Both the position numbers and the translations under genes were made by a program. A model generated the notes under the pieces. The model saw nothing but the letters and a program-made list of their open reading frames with translations, had not been told where the DNA came from and did not search any database. Positions 52,931 through 62,592 of a DNA stretch of 64,000 nucleotides are shown one piece after another. The first letter of the stretch is position 1. Each line of letters starts with the position of its first letter. Source of the stretch: Gammaproteobacteria bacterium (lineage in GTDB: Bacteria; Pseudomonadota; Gammaproteobacteria; UBA4575); contig OZ244850.1 of NCBI GenBank assembly GCA_965220895.1, forward strand, positions 1,897,506 to 1,961,505. Direction: 5' to 3'.

Positions 52931-54346
52931 ATGCCGCAGTATCAAGTCATCGTGATTGGTGCCGGGCCCGCAGGCTACGTGTGCGCGATACGCTGTGCCC
53001 AGATGGGCTTCAAGGTCGCTTGCATCGACAAGTGGGTCAATGCCAGGGGAAAACCGGCACTGGGTGGTACCTGTCTGAACGTGGGCTGCATCCCGTCCAA
53101 GGCCCTGCTCGATTCGACCCACCATGCCTACTTTCTGCGTGAACACGCCGGTCGACACGGCCTGAAGATTTCCGGGCTTGAAGTCGACGTTCCCACCATG
53201 CAGAAGCGCAAGGACAAAGTTGTGCAAACCCTGACCCGGGGAGTCGCGAGCTTGCTCAAAAAGAACAAGGTCGACGTGTATGTCGGCACGGCCCGATTTT
53301 TAGGCGGACAGCAAGTTCACGTCGAACAGCTGGATGGCTCATCCCTGAAGCTGCAGGGTGAGCATATCGTCATTGCCAGCGGGTCGAAGCCAAGCATTTT
53401 GTCGGATATCAACATTGACAATGATCAGGTACTCGATTCGACCGGGGCGCTGAGCCTGCAGGAGATACCGGAGAGGCTGGGCATCATCGGGGCAGGGGTC
53501 ATTGGACTGGAAATGGGCAGTGTGTGGAATCGCCTGGGTTCAGAAGTGATTATCCTCGAAGCGCTGCCGGAATTTTTACCAACCGCCGATCACACGATCA
53601 GCAAGGAGGCATTTAAGATTCTCGGCAAGCAGGGGCTGGATATCCGGTTGAATTGCCGGGTCCAGGAAGTGCAGGTGAGCGGTGACAAGGTTGCGGTCAG
53701 CTACAGCCTGAATGGTGCCGAACAGCTTCTCGAGGTTAGCAAGCTAGTCGTTGCGGTGGGGCGCATGGCCAACACGGAGGATCTGGACCTCGACGCCGTG
53801 AACATCAGCACGGATCAAAAGGGTTTCATCGAGGCGGATGCACGCTGGCAGACGTCAGCGGAAAATATCTACGCGATCGGCGATGTCGTCGGTGGAGCGA
53901 TGCTCGCGCACAAGGGTTCCGAGGAAGGCATGGCGCTTGCGGAGCAACTTGCAGGCCAGCATGCCCACATCAACTATGATGCAGTTCCGTGGGTCGTCTA
54001 CACCTGGCCGGAAATCGCATGGGTCGGGCAAACCGAGCAGCAGTGCAAGAGCGGCGGCATTGCATGTCGCACAGGAGAATTCCCGTTCAGGGCGTTAGGG
54101 CGTGCGCATGCGATGGATGATACCGAAGGTCTGTTCAAGATTGTTTGCGAGCAGGGAAGCGACAGGATCCTGGGAGCCCATATCCTGGGGCCGTATGCAT
54201 CCGAACTGATCTGCGAAGCGGTGGTGGCCATGGAGTCGGAACTTTGTGCCGAGGATCTTGCCCGCATGGTGCATGCCCATCCGAGCTTGTCGGAAGGCAT
54301 GCATGAGGCAGCCCTTGCAACCGATAAGCGTGCGATCCATTTCTAG
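52931..54346 (+). CDS. lpdA: dihydrolipoyl dehydrogenase (E3)
   Basis: VIGAGPAGY...GGTCLNVGCIPSKALL redox-active disulfide motif. Confidence 0.9.
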   Translation: MPQYQVIVIGAGPAGYVCAIRCAQMGFKVACIDKWVNARGKPALGGTCLNVGCIPSKALLDSTHHAYFLREHAGRHGLKISGLEVDVPTMQKRKDKVVQTLTRGVASLLKKNKVDVYVGTARFLGGQQVHVEQLDGSSLKLQGEHIVIASGSKPSILSDINIDNDQVLDSTGALSLQEIPERLGIIGAGVIGLEMGSVWNRLGSEVIILEALPEFLPTADHTISKEAFKILGKQGLDIRLNCRVQEVQVSGDKVAVSYSLNGAEQLLEVSKLVVAVGRMANTEDLDLDAVNISTDQKGFIEADARWQTSAENIYAIGDVVGGAMLAHKGSEEGMALAEQLAGQHAHINYDAVPWVVYTWPEIAWVGQTEQQCKSGGIACRTGEFPFRALGRAHAMDDTEGLFKIVCEQGSDRILGAHILGPYASELICEAVVAMESELCAEDLARMVHAHPSLSEGMHEAALATDKRAIHF

Positions 54347-54753
54347 TGAACACCGTCGAACTTCCGCAGGGTGAGTAGCGCTTTGTGACAGGAAAATGAC
54401 AGCGTCGTAAATGTATAGACACTTTAAAACTTTTCGTGCATTATTGGTGAGCGATCGGTTCCTGCCCACGATCGTTAGAGGCAGGCAGAAGCATTGAATG
54501 TATGGTTTCCAGCTTTCATGAAGGTTATGCACCAGATCTGAAGTAACTTCAGATTTGCGCATCCTGTTCGTATTCACTTCTAAAGCAACTCCCTTGAGTC
54601 TTTGTTTCCCAAAGTTTTTGTATTTTAGTTAGTCATGCGAGTTTCACATGTAGGGCAGTACAGCCAGACAATATTTTGATCATCATCGATTGATTCGTGT
54701 GCTGGTTTCTGGGTGATGTTAATACTAACGGTACACATGCTATAGGAGAAAGA

Positions 54754-55014
54754 ATGAACATTTATATCGGTAATTTGCCTTACAGCATCTCTGAAGATGA
54801 ATTGCGGGAGTTGTTTGCTGCGCATGGCGAAGTGAAGAATGCAAGCATCATCATGGACAGGGAATCAGGCCGTTCCAAAGGGTTTGGTTTTGTCGAAATG
54901 CCGGACAAGGCACAAGGCGAAAGTGCAATCAGTGCACTGAATGAATCCAACGTGCAGGGACGCAATGTCAGGGTCAACGAGGCACGCCCCCGACCGGACA
55001 GAGGTCCGCGTTAA
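54754..55014 (+). CDS. RRM-type RNA-binding protein (RNP-1/RNP-2 motifs)
   Basis: Start MNIYIGNLPYSISEDELRELF...KGFGFVEM. RNP-2 is IYIGNL and RNP-1 is KGFGFVEM; ~86 aa. The track ORF start at 54697 is less likely. Confidence 0.8.
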   Translation: MNIYIGNLPYSISEDELRELFAAHGEVKNASIIMDRESGRSKGFGFVEMPDKAQGESAISALNESNVQGRNVRVNEARPRPDRGPR

Positions 55015-55045
55015 GCCAGAGCCCTGAACAGGGAAGTTTCCCCTT

Positions 55046-57088
55046 TCACCCGGCTTCCGCGATCAGTTCGTGCCAGCCCGGGTCTGGCCGAAAGCGGTCC
55101 CCAAACTGTTTTTGCAATGAACCCAGGGTAGCCAGCAAGTCAGCAGCTCCCCTGGAGTCGATATATTGCATTACCCCGCCTCGAAACGGGGCAAATCCCG
55201 TACCGAAAACAATGCCTGCATCCAGGGAATCCCGGTCCGGGACGACCTCCTCGCGCAGGCATGCGACGGCTTCGTTGACGATCCTCGACACCAGGCGGTT
55301 CTGGATGGATTCAAAGTGCTTGGGTGAGGGCTTGCGAATCGGGGAAACTTTCTTTCCCCGTTTCCACTTGTAAAAGCCCTGTCCGGATTTCCTGCCGAGC
55401 TTGCCGGCCTCGACCATGGACCGGAATGATTCCGGGACCCCGAACCCGTAGGCCAAGTCCAGGCTCTCGGCAACATGCAGACCGATATCGAGCCCGACGG
55501 TATCGGCCAGCTCAAGCGGTCCCATCGGCATGCCAAACCTGACGGCAGCCTGGTCAATTTCACCAGCCGGAAGGCCGGCTTCGCGAAGCAGCCCGGCTTC
55601 CACCATGTAGGGCGTCAGGATCCGGTTCACCAGAAACCCGGGTGCACTTTTCACCGGCAGGGGTAGTTTGTCGATCTGTCGGGAAAAATCGATCGCCTGT
55701 TGCAGAACTTCGCGGCGTGTCTGCACGCCGTTGACGACTTCGATCAGCGGCATCCTCGTAACCGGGTTGAAAAAGTGTACCCCGACCAGGCGGGCGGGCT
55801 CTGCCAATGCATCACAGAGCTTTTCGATTTCGATGCTCGATGTATTGGTGGCCAGCAGTGCATCCTTTCTCAGCTTGGGTTCAATCGAGGCCAGCAGGTC
55901 CTGCTTGATGTTCCTGTCTTCAAATACCGCTTCAATCACGACGTCGGCCTTGCCGAGGCCGCTGCCCTGCATGTCCGGAATAAAGCGGTCCATGGCGTTT
56001 CGGATGAGCAGGCGGTGTTTCAGCCGTTTCCTGAAGTACTGCCAGGCACGTTTCTTGGCCTTCGCCAGGCTTTCCATGCGGATGTCCTGCAAGGTGACGG
56101 TCAATCCCCTGTGTACGCACCATGCAGCAATGTCTGCACCCATCACGCCGGCGCCGATCACATGCACGTGACGTACGAGGGCCGGCTCACGGCTGGCAAG
56201 TCCCTTGAGTTTTTTGGACAGCATGAACGTGCGCACCAGGTTTTTCGCTGTTTGGGTGACGCTCAGCTCCGCGACAGAACTCGCTTCATACTGCAGCATC
56301 TTCTCTTCTTCGCCGTAGTGCTCAGTCCAGTGATTGATCATGGCATGGGGCGCAGGGTAATGCTCCAGCGGTGCTTTCCTGGAAACCTGTCTGCGCATCT
56401 GCGCCGCCAGGACCAGGCGCGCAGGCCGGCTGTTGAGAAACTTCGCGAGTCTGGGAACCTGGTGCACGGGCGGGCGGTTCAGCAGAAGCCGGCGCGCGGC
56501 ATTGCGCAACTGCCGCTCAGGCACGACATGATCGACCAGCCCAATTTTTTTCGCGCGCCTTGCATCGATGCTGCGTCCTGTCAGCATCAGGTCCATGGCC
56601 GTGACAGGGCTCAGGTGTCGCAGGGCCCGTACGGTACCCCCGTATCCGGGATGGATTCCCAGCTTGATCTCCGGAAAAGAAAAGCGCACGCCCGGGTCAT
56701 CCAGTGCGACCCGGTAGTCGCAGCACAGTGCAAGCTCCAGCCCGCCGCCCAGGCAAAAGCCATTGATGACCGCAACCGTGGGACAGAACAGGTGATCCAG
56801 CTGATCCATGATCGAGTGGCCCATGTAGATTTTCTCAAGCGCCTGCTGCACCCGGGTGATTTCGGTAAACTCCTTGATGTCTGCACCGGCAATGAATCCC
56901 CGGGGTTTGCCGGAGATGATGGCGATTCCCGCAGGCGTGTGTTCCTCGAAGCGCTCCAGGATCTGCCGGAATTCGTCGAGAACCGACAGCGACAGGATGT
57001 TCGTGCTGCTGTTGGCCACATCCAGTGTGAGCCAGGCCAGATCCTGGTCATCCTGGTCAAGCGCCCAGTGGGTGTATTGGAGAGCCAT
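55046..57088 (-). CDS. fatty-acid oxidation complex alpha subunit (enoyl-CoA hydratase / 3-hydroxyacyl-CoA dehydrogenase), FadJ/FadB-like
   Basis: Start MALQYTHWAL... with a crotonase domain followed by 3HCDH domains. Gene order thiolase-then-alpha-subunit matches the fadIJ arrangement. Confidence 0.85.
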   Translation of the reverse strand: MALQYTHWALDQDDQDLAWLTLDVANSSTNILSLSVLDEFRQILERFEEHTPAGIAIISGKPRGFIAGADIKEFTEITRVQQALEKIYMGHSIMDQLDHLFCPTVAVINGFCLGGGLELALCCDYRVALDDPGVRFSFPEIKLGIHPGYGGTVRALRHLSPVTAMDLMLTGRSIDARRAKKIGLVDHVVPERQLRNAARRLLLNRPPVHQVPRLAKFLNSRPARLVLAAQMRRQVSRKAPLEHYPAPHAMINHWTEHYGEEEKMLQYEASSVAELSVTQTAKNLVRTFMLSKKLKGLASREPALVRHVHVIGAGVMGADIAAWCVHRGLTVTLQDIRMESLAKAKKRAWQYFRKRLKHRLLIRNAMDRFIPDMQGSGLGKADVVIEAVFEDRNIKQDLLASIEPKLRKDALLATNTSSIEIEKLCDALAEPARLVGVHFFNPVTRMPLIEVVNGVQTRREVLQQAIDFSRQIDKLPLPVKSAPGFLVNRILTPYMVEAGLLREAGLPAGEIDQAAVRFGMPMGPLELADTVGLDIGLHVAESLDLAYGFGVPESFRSMVEAGKLGRKSGQGFYKWKRGKKVSPIRKPSPKHFESIQNRLVSRIVNEAVACLREEVVPDRDSLDAGIVFGTGFAPFRGGVMQYIDSRGAADLLATLGSLQKQFGDRFRPDPGWHELIAEAG

Positions 57089-57098
57089 CCGGTCCTTA

Positions 57099-58385
57099 CT
57101 ACTGGAGGTTCTCCACGAGCACTGCACCGCCCTGGCCACCGCCGATACACAGTGTGGCAACCCCCAGCTTGGCCTGGTTTCGCTGCAGCACCTTCAGAAG
57201 ATGATGCACGATCCGTGTGCCACTGGCCCCTACGGGGTGTCCAATGCTGATCGCCCCTCCGTCCACGTTGAGACACTCATGGGGAATCTCGCCCAATGCG
57301 TGGTCCATGCCCAGCTCGTTCCGGCAATACTCCTCGCTCTGGCACGCAGCGGTGCAGGCAAGCACCTGCCCTGCAAAGGCTTCGTTGATCTCCCAGTAGT
57401 CGATGTCCGCAAGCTTGAGGTTCTGCCCAGTCAACAGGGAGGCCGTGGCATGAACCGGACCGAGTCCCATCTGCGCGGGGTCCAGGGCCGCCCAGGCGGT
57501 GGCAATGATTCTGCCGGCAGGGGAGAGATCGTGTTGTTCAACCGCCGACTCGCTGGCCAGAAGGACCCAGGCCGCCCCGTCGGTGATCTGGGCGCTGTTG
57601 CCCGCAGTGACATTTCCAAACTTCCTGTCAAACACGGGGGCCAGCTTTGCCAGTTTTTCCACGCTGGAGTCCGGTCTTGCACCGTTGTCGTGGTCGTAGT
57701 ACACGCCCTGGTGGTCATAGATGGTGACCACTTCGTCGAGGTGACCGTTTTCCTGGGCATGCAGCAGGCGCTGGTGGCTTTGCACGGCGTAGTGATCCAT
57801 CCGGGTCCTCGGAATACTGAACCGGTGAACCAGGTTCTCGGCCGTCTGTCCCATGGAGATGCCGACCACCGGATCGGTCAGGCCCTTTTTGAGACCGATG
57901 ACCGGCACAAAAAAACCGGGTCTGAGCCGGGCAAGAGTCTGGACTTTCTGCCATGGAGATCTGGAGCGGCCCAGGTCTCCAAGCCAGTTCACCATGTGAT
58001 GGTTGTACAGCACCGGCGTGTGGCTCATCGCCTCCGTGCCTCCGGCCAGGATCAGTTCCGATTTCCCGAGCAGCAGGCTCGTGCAGGCCGAGTCGATGGC
58101 CTGCATTCCGGATGCGCAGTTGCGCTGCACGGTCCAGGCGGGCATGCGGTGCCCGCAGCCCAGTCGCAGGGCAATGATGCGTGCAATGTTGGCCTCATCG
58201 ACCCCGGGGGACACGCTGCCCACGATGACCTCATCCAGCGCATCCGGTGCGAAGGGCTGGCGCATCAGCAGCGGCTGGGCAGAGACTACCGCGAGATCAG
58301 ACGCCTGGAAGGGGGCGGGTCGCCCCTGCACCTTGAGAAACGGTGATCGACTTCCATCGATGATGTAGATGGCCGGCTGGGTCAT
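57099..58385 (-). CDS. acetyl-CoA C-acyltransferase (3-ketoacyl-CoA thiolase), FadI/FadA-like
   Basis: Thiolase family with active-site Cys (RNCASGMQAI) and C-terminal GGGQG motif. Confidence 0.85.
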   Translation of the reverse strand: MTQPAIYIIDGSRSPFLKVQGRPAPFQASDLAVVSAQPLLMRQPFAPDALDEVIVGSVSPGVDEANIARIIALRLGCGHRMPAWTVQRNCASGMQAIDSACTSLLLGKSELILAGGTEAMSHTPVLYNHHMVNWLGDLGRSRSPWQKVQTLARLRPGFFVPVIGLKKGLTDPVVGISMGQTAENLVHRFSIPRTRMDHYAVQSHQRLLHAQENGHLDEVVTIYDHQGVYYDHDNGARPDSSVEKLAKLAPVFDRKFGNVTAGNSAQITDGAAWVLLASESAVEQHDLSPAGRIIATAWAALDPAQMGLGPVHATASLLTGQNLKLADIDYWEINEAFAGQVLACTAACQSEEYCRNELGMDHALGEIPHECLNVDGGAISIGHPVGASGTRIVHHLLKVLQRNQAKLGVATLCIGGGQGGAVLVENLQ

Positions 58386-58423
58386 GCGGCACAAGCCTCA
58401 GGATTGTACGGGACTGAAATTGA

Positions 58424-59572
58424 TTATACATACTCGCAGACCAGCCGGAGTGCGTGGTCCAGGTCGTCTTCTGAGGTATAGAAATGAGGTGAAAAGCGGA
58501 TGCCCTGGCAGCGGTGGGCACAGAGGATCCCGGAGCCGAGCAGGAAGCTGAACAGGGCATGGCTATCGGTGCCCGCCCTGCGCACCGTCACGATGCCAGA
58601 GCGCCGGTCAGGGTCCGTGTTGCTGACGATATCGAGTCCATTACTAATTGACATATCAATCAGATAAGAAATATTTGAAGATACCACATCATGTATGGTT
58701 TCGATTCCGATTTCGAGCAGCATATGCAGGCTTTCCTGCATGGCATGGATACCCACATGGTTCAGGGTGCCGCATTCGAAGCGCGTGGCATCTTTTGCCG
58801 TCTCCCATTGCTGGGATTCGAAATCACCCGGGTTCTCCAGCATGTGCCAGCCGAACTGGTTGAGCTGCAGCAGGTCGCGCCGGTCGGGATTGCAGTAGAA
58901 CAGGCCAATGCCTTCCGGGGCCAGCATCCACTTGTGGCTGTCCGCGATGACGAAGTCCGCCGGGGTCTCGGTCAAATCAAAGGGGATGACCCCCAGCATC
59001 TGGATGGCATCGATGCAGAACAGGATTCCACGGGCCCGACAGAAATCGCTGATCCTCGCAAGATCCATGCGCAGGCCATCGTCATACTGGACCGCACTGA
59101 CCGAGATGAGCCGTGTGTGACGGTCTACCTGGCTGAACAGGGCATCTTCAGGGGTTTGGGCCTGGCTGAGGTCGACGCACCGCGCCTCGACCCCGAAGCG
59201 CGACTGCAGTGATTGCCAGAGGATGCGGTTGGACGGGAATTCCTGTCTTGCAAAAACGACGTTCTCCCCGGCTTTCCACGGGATCCCGTAGGCCACGATG
59301 GAAAGCCCTTCGGAGGTGTTCTTGACCAGTGCGATGTCACTGGTATCTTCGGCATGAATCAGTTGCCGGCATGCGGAGCGCAATGCGGATTCTTTCTGTT
59401 TCCATTGCAGAATTTTTTCGGTACTGTGACGGGTGTTTTCCGTGGCGAATGCAGTGACGGCCCTTGCGGTGCGTGCAGGCCAGGGCGCGACGCCGGCATG
59501 GTTCAGATGCACAAGACCGGCCCGGTGCGGGAATTCATGTGCCCATTCGCGACGCATGCAGTAGAGTAGCAT
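58424..59572 (-). CDS. class V-fold PLP-dependent aminotransferase / cysteine desulfurase-like enzyme
   Basis: Start MLLYCMRREW..HLNHAGVAPWP.... Only the C-terminal ~383 aa of the 712-aa track ORF is used, because its upstream half is antisense to bioA. Confidence 0.7.
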   Translation of the reverse strand: MLLYCMRREWAHEFPHRAGLVHLNHAGVAPWPARTARAVTAFATENTRHSTEKILQWKQKESALRSACRQLIHAEDTSDIALVKNTSEGLSIVAYGIPWKAGENVVFARQEFPSNRILWQSLQSRFGVEARCVDLSQAQTPEDALFSQVDRHTRLISVSAVQYDDGLRMDLARISDFCRARGILFCIDAIQMLGVIPFDLTETPADFVIADSHKWMLAPEGIGLFYCNPDRRDLLQLNQFGWHMLENPGDFESQQWETAKDATRFECGTLNHVGIHAMQESLHMLLEIGIETIHDVVSSNISYLIDMSISNGLDIVSNTDPDRRSGIVTVRRAGTDSHALFSFLLGSGILCAHRCQGIRFSPHFYTSEDDLDHALRLVCEYV

Positions 59573-59599
59573 GAATCTGAAGACGAGCTGAAAGCCGCC

Positions 59600-60961
59600 A
59601 TGACCACACAAACTTCGAAGCTGGGGCAAAGGGACCTTGCCTTGGTATGGCACCCATGCACGCAGATGAAGGACCACGAGTCCCTGCCCATGTTGTTGGT
59701 CAAGAAGGCCAGAGGTGTCTGGCTGGAGGACTTCGACGGCAACCGCTACCTTGATGCCATCAGCTCGTGGTGGGTGAACATCTTCGGGCATTGCAACGAG
59801 AAAATCAGCCAGGCGGTCAGCCGGCAGATGCAGGAACTCGACCATATCTTGCTCGCCGGCTGTTCCCACGAACCCGTCATTCGCCTGTCCGAACAGCTCG
59901 TCGACATCATGCCGGCTTCGTTGACCCGGTGCTTCTACGCGGACAACGGGTCCTCGGCCATCGAAGTGGCCATCAAGATGAGCTTTCACTACTGGAGAAA
60001 CCAGGGCCAGGTGCGCAAGACCCGGTTTGTCAATCTCAGCAACTCGTACCACGGCGAGACCCTGGGCGCCCTTTCCATGGGGGACGTCGCCCTGTTTCGC
60101 GAGACTTACGAGCCGCTGCTGCTCGATACCATCACCGTGCCGAGTCCGGACAGTTTTAACAGCGAGCCCGGGGAGAGCGCACAGGAGTATGCGATTCGCA
60201 TGTTTTTGCACATGGAGGCCGTCTTGCAAAAACACCATGAAGAGGTATGCGCCGTGATCGTTGAGCCGCTCGTTCAGTGCGCAGGGGGAATGCGGATGTA
60301 TTCGCCAAAGTACCTGAGCCTGCTGCGCGAGGCCTGCGATCGTTACGGCGTGCACCTGATCGCCGATGAGATCGCCGTCGGGTTCGGTCGCACCGGCACG
60401 ATGTTTGCCTGCGAACAGGCCGGCATCGCCCCGGATTTCATGTGCCTGTCCAAGGCATTGACCGGCGGGTACCTTCCGATGTCGGCGGTGCTGACCACTG
60501 ACCCGGTCTACGAGGCCTTCTATGACGAGTATGAAAACCTGAATGCCTTCATGCATTCCCACAGCTACACGGGCAGTGCGCTGGGGTGTGCGGCGGCACT
60601 GGCCACACTGGAAATCTTCAAAGAAGGGAATGTCATCGATGCCAACCGCGAACTAAGCCGGGAATTTGCCGAGCAGTGCGAACGGTTCAAGGATCACCCG
60701 AACGTCGCAGAGGTCCGCCAGTGCGGCATGATCGTGGCCATTGAACTGGTCAAGGACAAAGCCACTCGCGAGCCGTTCCCCTGGCAGCAAAGACGCGGCT
60801 TGCAGGTGTATCAATATGCCCTGCAGCACGGAGTCCTGCTCCGGCCCATGGCGAATGTGGTGTACTTCATGCCGCCGTATGTCATCACGAAAGAAGAAAT
60901 CCGCATGCTGGTGGATGTCGCCGAGCGGGGCATCGAGCTGGCCGTGAAATCCGAAGGCTAG
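59600..60961 (+). CDS. bioA: adenosylmethionine-8-amino-7-oxononanoate aminotransferase BioA
   Basis: MTTQTSKLGQRDLALVWHPCTQMKDHESLP...; class III aminotransferase. Confidence 0.9.
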   Translation: MTTQTSKLGQRDLALVWHPCTQMKDHESLPMLLVKKARGVWLEDFDGNRYLDAISSWWVNIFGHCNEKISQAVSRQMQELDHILLAGCSHEPVIRLSEQLVDIMPASLTRCFYADNGSSAIEVAIKMSFHYWRNQGQVRKTRFVNLSNSYHGETLGALSMGDVALFRETYEPLLLDTITVPSPDSFNSEPGESAQEYAIRMFLHMEAVLQKHHEEVCAVIVEPLVQCAGGMRMYSPKYLSLLREACDRYGVHLIADEIAVGFGRTGTMFACEQAGIAPDFMCLSKALTGGYLPMSAVLTTDPVYEAFYDEYENLNAFMHSHSYTGSALGCAAALATLEIFKEGNVIDANRELSREFAEQCERFKDHPNVAEVRQCGMIVAIELVKDKATREPFPWQQRRGLQVYQYALQHGVLLRPMANVVYFMPPYVITKEEIRMLVDVAERGIELAVKSEG

Positions 60962-61043
60962 GGCAGGCGGGGCCTTGGGGCGTTCAATCCGTGCCGGTTC
61001 CCTGTACAATGCGCGCAGGACACACCACCCCGCACTGAACACC

Positions 61044-61970
61044 ATGCCCATGAAAAAACTTGTTGGTCTGGGTTTTCTTTTCCTCGCGCTGGCACTGCCC
61101 GTGCATGCCGAGCGCTATCCGCTTCCGTCAGACGCCAGCCCGATCATCGGCAATCTGACGATCATCAGTACGAGTTTCGAGGACACCTTCATCAAGCTGG
61201 CGAAAAGGTTTGGCGTGGGCTATGAAGAACTGGTCATGGCCAACCCGACGGTGGACCCATGGCTGCCGGGTCAGGGCACGCAGGTGGTGTTGCCCACACA
61301 GTACATTTTGCCTGACAGCAAGCGCGAGGGCATTGTGCTCAATCTGGCCGAGATGCGCCTGTACTACTACCCGAAAAACCCTCACGGTACACCGCAATAC
61401 GTGTACACCTATCCGATCAGTATCGGCCGGCAAGGCTGGGACACTCCCCTGGGTCTCACGCGCATCATCCGGAAAAAACAAAACCCTACCTGGTATCCTC
61501 CGAAGTCCATCCGCGAGGAATACGAACGAAAGGGCAAGCCGCTGGAGAGTGTGGTTCCGCCGGGACCCGACAACCCGCTGGGCAAGTTTGCCCTGTACAT
61601 GGCGCTACCCAGCTATGTCATCCACGGCACCAATGAACCGAGAGGGATCGGCATGCGGGTGACCCACGGCTGTATTCGCCTGCGCCCGGATGACATCAAG
61701 GACCTGTTTCAGAGGATCTCCATTGACACGCCGGTCACCATCGTCAACCAGCCCTACAAGGTGGCCTGGCACCGCAACAAGCTGTATGCGGAAATGCATC
61801 CTGGAACCTGGGAGGACCGCCGGGCGGGCTCGAACCTGACCCAGCTGGTGAGCACCATTACGGGTGCGACGGGGAGCGGCAACGGTTATCGCGTCGACTG
61901 GCAGCTTGCCAGGCGCCTGGCGAAGGGAAAGACTGGCCTGCCCACCGTGGTCGGCGTCATGTCGCCGTAG
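61044..61970 (+). CDS. L,D-transpeptidase (YkuD/ErfK-YbiS-YcfS family) lipoprotein
   Basis: Start MPMKKLVGLGFLFLALALPVHA with catalytic ...HGTNEPRGIGMRVTHGCIRL... Confidence 0.85.
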   Translation: MPMKKLVGLGFLFLALALPVHAERYPLPSDASPIIGNLTIISTSFEDTFIKLAKRFGVGYEELVMANPTVDPWLPGQGTQVVLPTQYILPDSKREGIVLNLAEMRLYYYPKNPHGTPQYVYTYPISIGRQGWDTPLGLTRIIRKKQNPTWYPPKSIREEYERKGKPLESVVPPGPDNPLGKFALYMALPSYVIHGTNEPRGIGMRVTHGCIRLRPDDIKDLFQRISIDTPVTIVNQPYKVAWHRNKLYAEMHPGTWEDRRAGSNLTQLVSTITGATGSGNGYRVDWQLARRLAKGKTGLPTVVGVMSP

Positions 61971-62010
61971 CCACGCAGGGCATGATTGGAAATCGAAAGG
62001 CTGGAAAACA

Positions 62011-62036
62011 GGAAGGGCCCGCTAGCGGGCCCTTCC
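62011..62036. terminator. GC-rich perfect hairpin between convergent genes (GGAAGGGCCCGC-TA-GCGGGCCCTTCC). A T-tract on the minus-strand side (TGTTTTCC) fits a terminator for the Lpp-like gene
   Basis: 12-bp perfect stem read directly from the sequence. Located in the 92-nt gap between the stops of the L,D-transpeptidase (+) and the lipoprotein (-). Confidence 0.6.
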
Positions 62037-62062
62037 TCCGTACGTCATGATCAAGGTACGCA

Positions 62063-62299
62063 CTACTTGCCCTTCATCATGGAGTCATTAAACATGCGGT
62101 CCATGCGCTCAGTGTTTGCATGGCAGCATTCCTTGGCCGCAGCTGCATCCTGTGCGGCAGCTTTAGCAGTGTGTAGTGCCTCTTCTGCCATGGCACGCAC
62201 TTCAGCGAGATCCGCATGGGACGGCGAACTCTGACACCCTGCGGTGACGCCAATCGCCAAAGCAAAGACTGCAGAAAAAAGAAGTTTCTTGGCTAGCAT
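62063..62299 (-). CDS. small alpha-helical lipoprotein ending in Lys, Braun lipoprotein (Lpp)-like
   Basis: Start MLAKKLLFSAVFALAIGVTAGC (lipobox) followed by a heptad-like helical segment and C-terminal ...MMKGK. The track ORF 62063..62458 overextends. Confidence 0.6.
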   Translation of the reverse strand: MLAKKLLFSAVFALAIGVTAGCQSSPSHADLAEVRAMAEEALHTAKAAAQDAAAAKECCHANTERMDRMFNDSMMKGK

Positions 62300-62592
62300 A
62301 TTCTTGACTCCGAAATTTATAAAATGATTTTGTGATTCACAAATTGACGTATGCCACAACCCCTCGCATCTCCCAGTCCTGGGTCCGGAATGCACCCAGC
62401 ACTCCCGCTGCAGCAGCACGAACCACGGTATTGTAAGAAAAAACGTTACAATTACCAAGTCTATTGTAGGCCCCGGTCAACAGACACTGTAGTGTATGGA
62501 TTTCAAGACCTCCGTTACATGTTTATGACAAACCCTGAAATCACGGATGAACCTTTCGATGCCGGCTAGCCGATGCCTGACAGGAATCCGGA

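Noticed and set aside
59573-60562. N-terminal ~330 aa of the 712-aa ORF 58424..60562
   Set aside because: Antisense to bioA. Real start of the aminotransferase assigned to the internal MLLYCM... at 59572.
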